DNA of 64,000 nt from NCBI GenBank assembly GCA_964016885.1, contig OZ024741.1, positions 229,400,001-229,464,000 on the forward strand, written 5' to 3'. Shown piece after piece: positions 33,246-45,894 of the stretch. The DNA is from Eledone cirrhosa (taxonomy: Eukaryota). The notes beneath the pieces were generated by a model. It searched no databases, was not told where the DNA came from, and was given only the letters and a program-made list of their open reading frames with translations. Position numbers and translations under genes: made by a program. The first letter of the stretch is position 1. The number at the start of each line of letters is the position of its first letter.

Positions 33246-33289
33246 GTAAGTCTACGCGTTTCATTCTTGTTAGAATTCATCAGGACTAC
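33246..33289 (-). ncRNA. Type I hammerhead ribozyme, first of 7 minus-strand copies (33246, 33557, 33868, 34179, 34490, 34801, 35112)
   Basis: Reverse complement reads gtagtc-CTGATGA-attct-aaca-agaat-GAAAC-gc-GTA-gacttac. Confidence 0.9.
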
Positions 33290-35286
33290 ATATCCAGTGC
33301 TTTTATCGAGAATGACACAGCTAGAGACTTATAGAATACTTAGCTGTGTACAGGAACTGGTTTGAAAGAGCGGTTGCCGGTCCGGCAGAAATTAGAAATT
33401 GGAATAAATGCTCTGAAATAGCGATATATATGTGAATATAGACATAGAATATTCGAAAATATTCTGTATGTTTACAATAAACATTTTGAAGACCTAATCG
33501 CTATAGAATAGAATACGTCACGTATTACAATTAGATTCTCGATAAAAGCAAGGGAAGTAAGTCTACGCGTTTCATTCTTGTTAGAATTCATCAGGACTAC
33601 ATATCCAGTGCTTTTATCGAGAATGACACAGCTAGAGACTTATAGAATACTTAGCTGTGTACAGGAACTGGTTTGAAAGAGCGGTTGCCGGTCCGGCAGA
33701 AATTAGAAATTGGAATAAATGCTCTGAAATAGCGATATATATGTGAATATAGACATAGAATATTCGAAAATATTCTGTATGTTTACAATAAACATTTTGA
33801 AGACCTAATCGCTATAGAATAGAATACGTCACGTATTACAATTAGATTCTCGATAAAAGCAAGGGAAGTAAGTCTACGCGTTTCATTCTTGTTAGAATTC
33901 ATCAGGACTACATATCCAGTGCTTTTATCGAGAATGACACAGCTAGAGACTTATAGAATACTTAGCTGTGTACAGGAACTGGTTTGAAAGAGCGGTTGCC
34001 GGTCCGGCAGAAATTAGAAATTGGAATAAATGCTCTGAAATAGCGATATATATGTGAATATAGACATAGAATATTCGAAAATATTCTGTATGTTTACAAT
34101 AAACATTTTGAAGACCTAATCGCTATAGAATAGAATACGTCACGTATTACAATTAGATTCTCGATAAAAGCAAGGGAAGTAAGTCTACGCGTTTCATTCT
34201 TGTTAGAATTCATCAGGACTACATATCCAGTGCTTTTATCGAGAATGACACAGCTAGAGACTTATAGAATACTTAGCTGTGTACAGGAACTGGTTTGAAA
34301 GAGCGGTTGCCGGTCCGGCAGAAATTAGAAATTGGAATAAATGCTCTGAAATAGCGATATATATGTGAATATAGACATAGAATATTCGAAAATATTCTGT
34401 ATGTTTACAATAAACATTTTGAAGACCTAATCGCTATAGAATAGAATACGTCACGTATTACAATTAGATTCTCGATAAAAGCAAGGGAAGTAAGTCTACG
34501 CGTTTCATTCTTGTTAGAATTCATCAGGACTACATATCCAGTGCTTTTATCGAGAATGACACAGCTAGAGACTTATAGAATACTTAGCTGTGTACAGGAA
34601 CTGGTTTGAAAGAGCGGTTGCCGGTCCGGCAGAAATTAGAAATTGGAATAAATGCTCTGAAATAGCGATATATATGTGAATATAGACATAGAATATTCGA
34701 AAATATTCTGTATGTTTACAATAAACATTTTGAAGACCTAATCGCTATAGAATAGAATACGTCACGTATTACAATTAGATTCTCGATAAAAGCAAGGGAA
34801 GTAAGTCTACGCGTTTCATTCTTGTTAGAATTCATCAGGACTACATATCCAGTGCTTTTATCGAGAATGACACAGCTAGAGACTTATAGAATACTTAGCT
34901 GTGTACAGGAACTGGTTTGAAAGAGCGGTTGCCGGTCCGGCAGAAATTAGAAATTGGAATAAATGCTCTGAAATAGCGATATATATGTGAATATAGACAT
35001 AGAATATTCGAAAATATTCTGTATGTTTACAATAAACATTTTGAAGACCTAATCGCTATAGAATAGAATACGTCACGTATTACAATTAGATTCTCGATAA
35101 AAGCAAGGGAAGTAAGTCTACGCGTTTCATTCTTGTTAGAATTCATCAGGACTACATATCCAGTGCTTTTATCGAGAATGACACAGCTAGAGACTTATAG
35201 AATACTTAGCTGTGTACAGGAACTGGTTTGAAAGAGCGGTTGCCGGTCCGGCAGAAATTAGAAATTGGAATAAATGCTCTGAATAT

Positions 35287-35330
35287 GTAGTCCTGATGAA
35301 TTCTAACAAGAATGAAACGCGTAGACTTAC
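35287..35330 (+). ncRNA. Type I hammerhead ribozyme, first of 9 plus-strand copies (35287 + n x 311, up to 37775)
   Basis: CTGATGA at 35293-35299, 5-bp stem II attct/agaat, GAAA at 35314-35317, palindromic stem III ACGCGT, predicted cleavage after GUA (35323). In full units stem I is extended by a perfect 16-bp helix. Confidence 0.9.
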
Positions 35331-38058
35331 TTCCCTTGCTTTTATCGAGAATCTAATTGTAATACGTGACGTATTCTATTCTATAGCGATTAGGTCTTCA
35401 AAATGTTTATTGTAAACATACAGAATATTTTCGAATATTCTATGTCTATATTCACATATATATCGCTATTTCAGAGCATTTATTCCAATTTCTAATTTCT
35501 GCCGGACCGGCAACCGCTCTTTCAAACCAGTTCCTGTACACAGCTAAGTATTCTATAAGTCTCTAGCTGTGTCATTCTCGATAAAAGCACTGGATATGTA
35601 GTCCTGATGAATTCTAACAAGAATGAAACGCGTAGACTTACTTCCCTTGCTTTTATCGAGAATCTAATTGTAATACGTGACGTATTCTATTCTATAGCGA
35701 TTAGGTCTTCAAAATGTTTATTGTAAACATACAGAATATTTTCGAATATTCTATGTCTATATTCACATATATATCGCTATTTCAGAGCATTTATTCCAAT
35801 TTCTAATTTCTGCCGGACCGGCAACCGCTCTTTCAAACCAGTTCCTGTACACAGCTAAGTATTCTATAAGTCTCTAGCTGTGTCATTCTCGATAAAAGCA
35901 CTGGATATGTAGTCCTGATGAATTCTAACAAGAATGAAACGCGTAGACTTACTTCCCTTGCTTTTATCGAGAATCTAATTGTAATACGTGACGTATTCTA
36001 TTCTATAGCGATTAGGTCTTCAAAATGTTTATTGTAAACATACAGAATATTTTCGAATATTCTATGTCTATATTCACATATATATCGCTATTTCAGAGCA
36101 TTTATTCCAATTTCTAATTTCTGCCGGACCGGCAACCGCTCTTTCAAACCAGTTCCTGTACACAGCTAAGTATTCTATAAGTCTCTAGCTGTGTCATTCT
36201 CGATAAAAGCACTGGATATGTAGTCCTGATGAATTCTAACAAGAATGAAACGCGTAGACTTACTTCCCTTGCTTTTATCGAGAATCTAATTGTAATACGT
36301 GACGTATTCTATTCTATAGCGATTAGGTCTTCAAAATGTTTATTGTAAACATACAGAATATTTTCGAATATTCTATGTCTATATTCACATATATATCGCT
36401 ATTTCAGAGCATTTATTCCAATTTCTAATTTCTGCCGGACCGGCAACCGCTCTTTCAAACCAGTTCCTGTACACAGCTAAGTATTCTATAAGTCTCTAGC
36501 TGTGTCATTCTCGATAAAAGCACTGGATATGTAGTCCTGATGAATTCTAACAAGAATGAAACGCGTAGACTTACTTCCCTTGCTTTTATCGAGAATCTAA
36601 TTGTAATACGTGACGTATTCTATTCTATAGCGATTAGGTCTTCAAAATGTTTATTGTAAACATACAGAATATTTTCGAATATTCTATGTCTATATTCACA
36701 TATATATCGCTATTTCAGAGCATTTATTCCAATTTCTAATTTCTGCCGGACCGGCAACCGCTCTTTCAAACCAGTTCCTGTACACAGCTAAGTATTCTAT
36801 AAGTCTCTAGCTGTGTCATTCTCGATAAAAGCACTGGATATGTAGTCCTGATGAATTCTAACAAGAATGAAACGCGTAGACTTACTTCCCTTGCTTTTAT
36901 CGAGAATCTAATTGTAATACGTGACGTATTCTATTCTATAGCGATTAGGTCTTCAAAATGTTTATTGTAAACATACAGAATATTTTCGAATATTCTATGT
37001 CTATATTCACATATATATCGCTATTTCAGAGCATTTATTCCAATTTCTAATTTCTGCCGGACCGGCAACCGCTCTTTCAAACCAGTTCCTGTACACAGCT
37101 AAGTATTCTATAAGTCTCTAGCTGTGTCATTCTCGATAAAAGCACTGGATATGTAGTCCTGATGAATTCTAACAAGAATGAAACGCGTAGACTTACTTCC
37201 CTTGCTTTTATCGAGAATCTAATTGTAATACGTGACGTATTCTATTCTATAGCGATTAGGTCTTCAAAATGTTTATTGTAAACATACAGAATATTTTCGA
37301 ATATTCTATGTCTATATTCACATATATATCGCTATTTCAGAGCATTTATTCCAATTTCTAATTTCTGCCGGACCGGCAACCGCTCTTTCAAACCAGTTCC
37401 TGTACACAGCTAAGTATTCTATAAGTCTCTAGCTGTGTCATTCTCGATAAAAGCACTGGATATGTAGTCCTGATGAATTCTAACAAGAATGAAACGCGTA
37501 GACTTACTTCCCTTGCTTTTATCGAGAATCTAATTGTAATACGTGACGTATTCTATTCTATAGCGATTAGGTCTTCAAAATGTTTATTGTAAACATACAG
37601 AATATTTTCGAATATTCTATGTCTATATTCACATATATATCGCTATTTCAGAGCATTTATTCCAATTTCTAATTTCTGCCGGACCGGCAACCGCTCTTTC
37701 AAACCAGTTCCTGTACACAGCTAAGTATTCTATAAGTCTCTAGCTGTGTCATTCTCGATAAAAGCACTGGATATGTAGTCCTGATGAATTCTAACAAGAA
37801 TGAAACGCGTAGACTTACTTCCCTTGCTTTTATCGAGAATCTAATTGTAATACGTGACGTATTCTATTCTATAGCGATTAGGTCTTCAAAATGTTTATTG
37901 TAAACATACAGAATATTTTCGAATATTCTATGTCTATATTCATATATATATATATATATTGTGGTTAAGGCAGAAATAAATGGCCAAAATACAGTAACAG
38001 TTTATATCATTTTGTTTGCCTCCCTGTCTGTATGTCTGTCTCTATCTATCTATCTCTA

Positions 38059-38107
<49 letters not shown>

Positions 38108-38293
38108 GTGTGCGAGTGTCTAGACAGAACAGTGTGGCCAGTGTCACCATTGAAATATATATCACAGCATTATTATTAAAGGACTTGAACATCTGAAACT
38201 ACTTCGCTTTTCCTTATTCGATATTTACTCCGTCACTCCTATGTGGAAAAAGTACGTTGAGTGCTTGGATTGAATTGAATCAATGTTTACCCT

Positions 38294-38396
<103 letters not shown>

Positions 38397-38409
38397 CATA
38401 TATATATAT

Positions 38410-38675
38410 ATCACATAAGGAACGGAGAATCACAGTTTCCAACTCTGATTCGTAGAATCGAGACGTATCTGGCGACCTTGCGATTTCAGAGTCAGGTTTG
38501 ATCATTACATCGATCGTGCTTCGAGCTGACCACCAGAGAAACGATTGTAATATGTCTAATAAATTTTATTCGTCGCAACACTGATTCTACGTTTCTTATG
38601 TGATATCATACTCTGCTCTGTAAGAGCATCGAGTGCTCAAACGGCCTACCGCTTACGGACGCTTTAAGCATCCCA
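38410..38675 (+). mobile_element. Short (TA)n-inserted element with a type I hammerhead-like motif (38461-38557, A6>G); related copy at 45977-46255
   Basis: agacgtat-CTGGCGA-[about 60 nt]-GAAAC-gatt-GTA-atatgtct with 8-bp stem I. The 46-kb relative keeps CTGAAGA on the - strand but lacks the GAAA half. Confidence 0.65.
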
Positions 38676-38679
38676 CACC

Positions 38680-38788
<109 letters not shown>

Positions 38789-39014
38789 CAGCCAGACAGA
38801 CAGGGAGGCAAACAAAATGATATAAACTGTTACTGTATTTTGGCCATATATTTCTGCCTTAACCACAACGCTCTCCTCCCACCAACTAGCATTTGGTGCC
38901 ATGACGTCCGGAAGAACTGATTTTCCGCACAATTCACATTTTCCGGCAATTTTCTAGTTAAACGTTGAATTATATTTACACAAAGACCTTACCTCAAATT
39001 AAGGTTTTGTTGGC

Positions 39015-39383
39015 TTTATATACATATATACATGCATACATACGTACATATATTCATGCATACATATATACGTACATACATACAAGCATACATATATACA
39101 TGCATGCATACAGACAAGCATGTATACATACACGCTAACATACAGACAAGCGCGAATACACACATACATACACGCATATATACATACATTCACACACACA
39201 CACACATATCTATATATATATACACACATAGATACATATATACATATATACATATATATGTGTGCGCGTGTGAATATATATAAATATATGTATATATATA
39301 TATATATGTATTTGTGTGTGTCTGTATGTATATATACATATGTATATATATATATGTATGAATATACACACACACGCACACAC

Positions 39384-39466
<83 letters not shown>

Positions 39467-40510
39467 TACATATATATAAAGACTATCGCCAAAACAATAA
39501 CATTTTGTCGCGGAAAAGAAATATAACGAAAAATAGAAAGATTATTATTTAAATCTGAAACATAACAAACCAATAGAAAATAAAACACAAAATATATCTC
39601 TTAAAAAACTATAATGAAAATCTAATAATACCATTGATGATACAGAATGGAAAAAAAAATATTCAAAATGGCTAATGTTGAGGCAGTTTTCATGTCGGAA
39701 GTGATGTAATAGATTTTTCGAGTCCGCATGTGCCAGTATAAAGCAGATAAACACTGACATTTCGTGTTTGTAGGGACCTCATTGAGAATAATTACCGCTA
39801 AATGGCTTACAAAGGCTGTTGTGCATAGGGAGTTAGGTGGGTGTGGAAGCGATATTACTGGTGTTGATGGCGTTGGTAGAGATGGGGGGGGGGGGGTGGC
39901 ACTGATAGAGGTGGTGGTGGTGGTGGTGGTGGTGGTATTAGTGGCGGTTGTAGGTGTTCTTTTAAGTGTGTAGTCACACATACGCACATATATACATATA
40001 CACAAACACACATAGACAAGCATATGTGTGTACGAGAGTGTGCGTGTGTATGTGTCGGTGCAGGGCGTTCATGTGTGTGGGTTTGTGAACGTATGTCTGT
40101 GTATTGTGCATATGTGTGTTTATATGAGAGCTCAATATCACGCACGCCCGCATACACACTCATAAAAAAACTAAACATATATATATGTATAAATCCATCT
40201 CTACATAGTATAAATCCATCTCTACAATCATACATACATACACGGACACATACATACATACATAAATTCTTACATACATGCAAACAAACATATATTCATA
40301 CATACATACATGCATACATACATTCATACATGCATACAGACAGACAAACATACATACATACATGCATACAGACAGACAAAGATACATAGATACATACATA
40401 TATACATACATACATACATACATACATGCATACAGACAGACAAAGATACATAGATACATACATATATATATACATACATACATACAGACATACAGACAGA
40501 CATATTTACC
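39015..40510. repeat. Compound (TA)/(CA)/(TACA)/(GGT) microsatellite-rich tract
   Basis: Visible degenerate di-, tri- and tetranucleotide runs. Confidence 0.9.
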
Positions 40511-40674
40511 GATGTCATAAATACAGGAATACTTATATACAAAAGTGGAAATGCTAAACTTTTTCTGTGTTGGTATTAACGGCTGAAATTCCTCTCTCAC
40601 CAGTCTCCTACGCACTTCAAACAAAAATAAAGACAGACAACAATGTCGTCGATCGCGACAACGACACTGATAAT

Positions 40675-41765
40675 AATTATTTCTACTTTTAGCACAAGGC
40701 CAGCAATTATCTCAGTTCATTACTGCTGCTTTATTTTATTGACCCTGTAAGGCTGAACGGCAAAGTAAACCTCGGCGGAATTTGAACTCAGAACGTAAAG
40801 GGTCGTAACTCTATGCTGCAATGCAGGCGTCCGACGCTCTACCGATTCTGTGTCAATCCACTCTGACTCTGAGGTAATAATAATTGTTTTCACTTTTGGC
40901 ACAAGGCCATCAATTACCCCAGTGCATTACTGGTGCTTTATTTTACCCACCCGAAAGGATGAAAGACAAAACTAAGCTCGGCGGAATTTGAACTCAGACT
41001 ATAAAGTGTCGTAACTCTATGCTGCAAAACGTTTTACCGACGTTTTACCGATTCTACCAATCCACCGCCCTTGATGGTAACAATAATAATAACAACCGTA
41101 ATAGCAACCACACACCCCTCTCATTCATATTAGTGTATCAATGCCGTTTCTTTTCTTTTATTAACCTTTTTTTTTTCTTTTAAACTTCAGCATAATACCA
41201 CCACAGTCACCAACACCACCATGTCTCCTGTAAGCTTATGGTAGTTACTGGTGCCACACTAATAATAATTGTTTCTACTTTTGGTACAAGGCCAGCAATT
41301 ATCCCAGTGCATTACTGGTACTTTATTTTATCGGTGAAAGGCAAAGTTAACCTCAGCAGGATTTGAACTCAGACCATAAAGGGCCGTAACTCTTTGCTGC
41401 AAAGTATGGCTTCCGACCCTCTACCGATACTGCCACTCCAATAATAATGATAATTGTTTCTACATCTGGCACAAGGCCAGCAATTTGAAGGGGAAGGAAA
41501 AGTCGATTAAATCGATCTCGGTACTTAACTGGTATTTTATTTTATTGGTCTCGGAAGGGTGAAAGGCAGAGTTGACTCCGGCAAGATCTGATCTCAGAAG
41601 GTAATAAGGGACAAAATGCTTTTAGACGTGGGATAGAATGCTTTACGGTATTCGTCCCACCTCATTGCGCACTCTGAGTTCAAATTCGTCCATGGTCAAC
41701 TTTGCCTTTCGTCATTTCGAGGTCGATAAAAAAAAGTACCAGTACAGTACTGGGGTCGATTCTTC
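40675..41765. mobile_element. SINE cluster: minus-strand copies at about 40675-40860, 40882-41065, 41266-41440 and 41452-41610 (different subfamily), plus a plus-strand copy at about 41635-41765
   Basis: Repeated gcacaaggccagcaatt ... gaaaggcaaagt ... gatttgaactcag motifs and their reverse complement. Confidence 0.85.
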
Positions 41766-42479
41766 CTCTATAGAAAAAATCGGTTGTGTTCAGACCTGGA
41801 GAGGGTTGGGCTTCGCCAGGTTTAAAAGTGCCCTAGACACGCCGTATGACGGTACCTCTACGACTCCACAAGGAGTTACGGGATCTTTATCTTTATCCAG
41901 TAATTTTGGGGTAGATGAAAGTCGATGGGGGACCTATAGAGTATGTGTACAAATACGTCAACAATGGTTCCGATGCTGCCATGTTTGCGCTACAAAAATG
42001 AAATTTGTCCGACGAAGTATCCAGCTTCCAACACGGTCGATATATCAACAGAGAGGTGGGGTGAGAGGGTGACCCTCTGGTTTTCCCAGCCTTGGAGGTT
42101 TCTTCTGTAGGAATCTTTTTCTTTTCTATGTTTTTTCGTTTGTTTTCTACCGATCTGGCATCCGACACACTCAGCAACGACTCATTTTTTTTTCCGAAAA
42201 CAAGGGCGAGTAGTTACAATAAGCATCTCTCAGCAATTTTAAATTTATAGAAAAGCACACACTGGGGATCGCGAAGAAATTTTTTCCGTAGGTTTTTTTC
42301 GTGTGTTTTCTGAAAACGGATTTGGGAGAGGACCCTCGAATTTTCCCAGCCTCGGATATGGAGGGCAACCCTCAGATCTACAGATAAGGACCTCTCAGCG
42401 ATTTATATTTATAGAAAAGCAAACTCTTGATACTGAAGGATGTTTTTATCCTCCATCATTTTTTAATGCTGTAGAAAGC

Positions 42480-42960
42480 GTTGTAAACTTAAATAATCAA
42501 GTGTTCCTAATTTCGAAATCCACCATTTCAACGAAGAATGGCTGTGTGAAAGAGAAAACCTTGTCCTCTAAAACATCACAATGAATGCCATCAACAGAAT
42601 CTAGCCCGATCGATAAATCTATCGACAAAGTTGTCGACGAGGACGAAACTGTTCATTATCCCGTTGAATTTCTCAACAGTCTGGAAATGTCTGGTATGCT
42701 GTCACACAACCTTGAATTGATGAAGGGCTCAATCATCAAATTTCTCGGAAATCTGGATTAGCCATGGTTTTGCAATGGGAAAATTATGGTTGTAACTGAA
42801 CAACAGCTTCACATTATCGAAGCCCAAATCGCACTGGATGTTGTAAGGGAGGCATCGTATTTATACCATTAATACCAACAGATGTCACCTCTTGTTTCAA
42901 ACGATTGCATTTCCCTGTGATAGTCAGTTTCGCAATGACTATTAAAAAGTCCCCAGGTCA
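42480..42960 (+). pseudogene. Helitron RepHel Pif1-type helicase fragment
   Basis: Frameshifted translations WLCER, HYPVEFLNSLEMSGMLSHNLELMKG..LGNLD*PWFCNG and IPLIPTDVTSCFKRLHFPVIVSFAMTIKKSPG match the Helitron helicase C-terminal motifs. Confidence 0.85.
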
Positions 42961-43129
42961 TTGAGATACTTGAACTTCTCTACCTGCTTCAGTGGAACTC
43001 CATTCACATGCATATAAACAATGTGTGTGTGTTTGCTGAGAAAAAACCAAAATGGCTTCCGCACCAACAGATCAACATCAGGGCAAATGCTTACTATTCG
43101 GCGTATCTTGGAAGGCGTAAAAGCCAAAA
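42960..43129. pseudogene. Two small LINE RT scraps in opposite orientations
   Basis: Minus strand VNGVPLKQVEKFKYL. Plus strand LRKNQNGFRTNRSTSGQMLTIRRILEGV. Confidence 0.65.
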
Positions 43130-43660
43130 ACCGGTCTGCGCAGGCGCATGTCCGAAGGAAGTTGACCATTAGCTACCGCAGATTTCAACGAAATTCGCTT
43201 AGTCAGTTCCCCCCCTCAGCCAAACAATGACCCATTCAGGCCTGTAATATAGCTTACTGCGACCTATCCCGTCTGTGGCAGTCAGTCGAAAGCTAGTGGG
43301 GATGGGAGAGTGTGAGTAACTATAGGTCTCAATACTACCTCTCATTAAGCATGGACAGTATAATTGACCATCAACCTCTATGAGAAAATATACTAAATTC
43401 TATGTATCATGGTTTCACGGTGGAAGTTATGAATGAGAGTTGGAAATTAGAACTAAAAATTAAAATTTTAAATCGAAAATCAGAAATCAAATATTGAAAA
43501 TTAGAAATTAAAAATTAACAATTAAAAATTTTAAATGTTTCAGGTGAGAATCTGGATTGAGGTGAGTAGGCTGAGAGGGGGAACTGACTAAGCGAATTTC
43601 GTTGAAATCTGCGGTTGCTAATGGTCAACTTCCTTCGGACATGCGCCTGCGCAGACCGGT
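43130..43660. mobile_element. MITE-like element with about 90-bp terminal inverted repeats
   Basis: 43130-43221 (accggtctgcgcaggcgcatgtccgaagg...) is the near-perfect reverse complement of 43569-43660. No clear TSD. Confidence 0.75.
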
Positions 43661-43777
43661 GGGGGTGAATTGGTACTCACAGGAGAATGGATGAAGAACC
43701 CAAGAGCACACACTTCGTCCGTTCCCATGTCGATTCAATTTGGATTGCCTTGGAAACATAACCTTATTATGTAACAA

Positions 43778-43851
43778 GCTCTCTGACGATGTCGCGACAC
43801 TGGCGCACGGAACAGTGTGGGCACTGTCGCCATTGAAATATATATCACAGC
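43778..43851 (+). ncRNA. Type I hammerhead-like motif; a partial related copy lies at about 38125-38225
   Basis: gctct-CTGACGA-[gcgaca...tgtcgc stem II]-GAAA-tatat-ATC-acagc. Palindromic stem III, one stem I mismatch. Confidence 0.6.
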
Positions 43852-44002
43852 ATTATTATTAAAAGACTTGAACATCTGAAACTACTTCGCTTTTCCTTAT
43901 TCGATTCTCTATATATATATATTATAGTAAAAACAGAAATCAAAAACAAAGCCAAGAGTGCAGTACGAAGTGTTAGTATTAGGTTCACGCTTGAGAGTGA
44001 GG

Positions 44003-44043
44003 GGGGGGGGCGTTTCGGTCATAAGCCCTTCATCAGGAGAAAA
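44003..44043 (-). ncRNA. Degenerate minimal hammerhead of the Penelope pLTR type
   Basis: ttctc-CTGATGA-agggcttatgacc-GAAAC-gc, after which stem III and the cleavage triplet are replaced by a C-run. Confidence 0.4.
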
Positions 44044-45275
44044 GTGGGCAGGAAAAGAGTTCCGAGGGTGTGAGGGGGAGTGGTGGAAAGACATTAAAAT
44101 GTGGGAGAGAAAAAGGGGAGGTAAAAAATTAAAAAGAGGGTAAAAAAATTAAAATGAAACAAGTGGTGAAAGGGTGTGAGGCGTGTGGGGGTGAAGGTGG
44201 GTATAGAGGGAGACAGGAGTCCGAGCGGTGAGGGCTGAAATTGGTGTGCGTGTATGTGTGTAGGTGTACGTGTGTGTGTGTATGTGTGTGGATGTGAGTG
44301 TGAGAGTGTGGGGAAGAACGAGGTTTCATGTTCGGGTAATAGGGAAACCAGTGGGTACATAGGGTGGGGTGTAAGTCAGTGTGTGTGTGCGTGTGGATGG
44401 AGAGGGGTCAGAAAGGGTGGGGGAGAGGTGGCATGCAGAGTCCGGAGGCCGAGTGTGTTTATGAGAGGATACGCACGTGTGTGTGTGTGTTTGTGTGGTG
44501 TGGATGTATGGTTGCGAGTGTGCGAAAATAGTGTGTTTGTCTGTGTGTGTTCCTGGATGTTTTCTGGCAGAGTATAGGAATGAATGTTGAAAATTCAGAG
44601 TATAGCAGGGTGGGTGCCTGGAACGGTGGACCAGTGGGGTAAAATCCTGGGTATGGTGTTCAGGAAGTAGAGAGTTGTGGGGTGCGCGCGCAACAGGAAG
44701 TGGTCAGAGGGTCAAGGCAGGGCGAAGGATGTAGGAGGTAGGAGATAGTAGTAGGAAGGGAACAGGCAGGCAGTGGTAGGGAGGAAGGCAGACGAACAGG
44801 GGTTAGGGATGGTCTGTATGTGGTGTGGAATGTGTGTATGTGTGTCCGGAGGTGCGGTGGACAGGGGAGGGGAGGGGTATGTGTGAAAGTTTGAGGGAGA
44901 GGGTGGCGGTGTGTGTGTGGGCGGTTGTATGTTAGTGGAGGTGTTAGTGGGATGTGTGTGTGTTAGTGCGGGGCGAGAGAGAGAGAAAAGGTGCTGGGGA
45001 CAGTACGAGTGAGTGTAATGTACTGGTGTGTGTGTGTGTTTGGGTATGAGTGTGTGTGTGAGTGTGTGGTAGAGTGGGTGTTAGTATTATTGGTGGTGGG
45101 TGGTTGAATGCGGGTGTGTGAGTGGGGGTTAGTGGTGGTAGTGTGGGTGTGGAGTGGGTGGTGTATCGGTTTGTACGTGGGTGTGGTTGAGTGTATATAT
45201 ATGTACTGGTGGGTGTGCGCGTGATGAGGGTGGGGGTGCACGTGTTATAGGGGGAGGGGTGGGATATATATATAA

Positions 45276-45334
<59 letters not shown>

Positions 45335-45495
45335 GAAAAATTGAACAGGGACAGAACAGAGAGGCAGTACAATAAATGTTTATTAAATTCACGCTCAGGA
45401 GAGTGGGGGTAGGTATAACGAAGGAAATGTGGTAAGGAACCAGATGGACCATAACGCACCAAAGTACTCAATACTTAGGGTAGTAGAGTGGGTAA

Positions 45496-45894
45496 TAGGA
45501 ACAAGTATAACCCCGACGGCAGAGCTCAAGCCGTTTCGACGGCTAATTCTGGACTAAATAAGAATTTTTAGCCTGGTAAATAAATAGCCGAACTTCTCAG
45601 GGGGTAATTCCTTATATGGGAAAATAGTAATTGTCCAAAGGGATAGGTAAAAAATTTGTTGTAAAGACAGATGATTCTATCATGGCATTTGGTGGGAGGT
45701 AGGGGTAGCTGAACTTGCCGGTAGAACAAAGAGGGAGTGGGGGAAACCCTTTGGACAGTTACTATCTTCCCATATAAGGAATTACCCCCTGAGAAGTTCG
45801 GCTATTTATTTACCAGGCTAAATATTCTTATTTAGTCCAGAATTAGCCGTCGAAACGGCTTGAGCTCTACCGTCGGGGTCATACTTGTTCCTAC
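45496..45894. mobile_element. Inverted duplication (about 150-bp arms), each arm with a hammerhead-fold motif (45510-45605 -, 45784-45879 +)
   Basis: acccc-CTGAGAA-gttcggcta...tagccgtc-GAAACGG-cttgagctcta-CCGTC-ggggt. All three stems form, but the core has A at position 8. Confidence 0.65.

Larger units (their letters stand above)
33083..37945. mobile_element. 311-bp tandem array of a hammerhead-ribozyme unit (retrozyme-like), inverted near 35283, inserted in (TA)n
   Basis: Unit starts at 33083, 33394, 33705 ... 35260 (period 311), then about 8.5 units in the opposite orientation. Units look identical by eye. No meaningful ORF. Both ends merge into (TA)n. Confidence 0.95.

Noticed and set aside
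35212-35415. 67-aa ORF in the 311-bp array
   Set aside because: It exists only because it spans the inversion junction and has no protein features.
38528-38545. accagagaaac resembling the hairpin ribozyme
   Set aside because: The partner GUAUAUUAC strand is missing. The GAAAC is better explained as part of a hammerhead.
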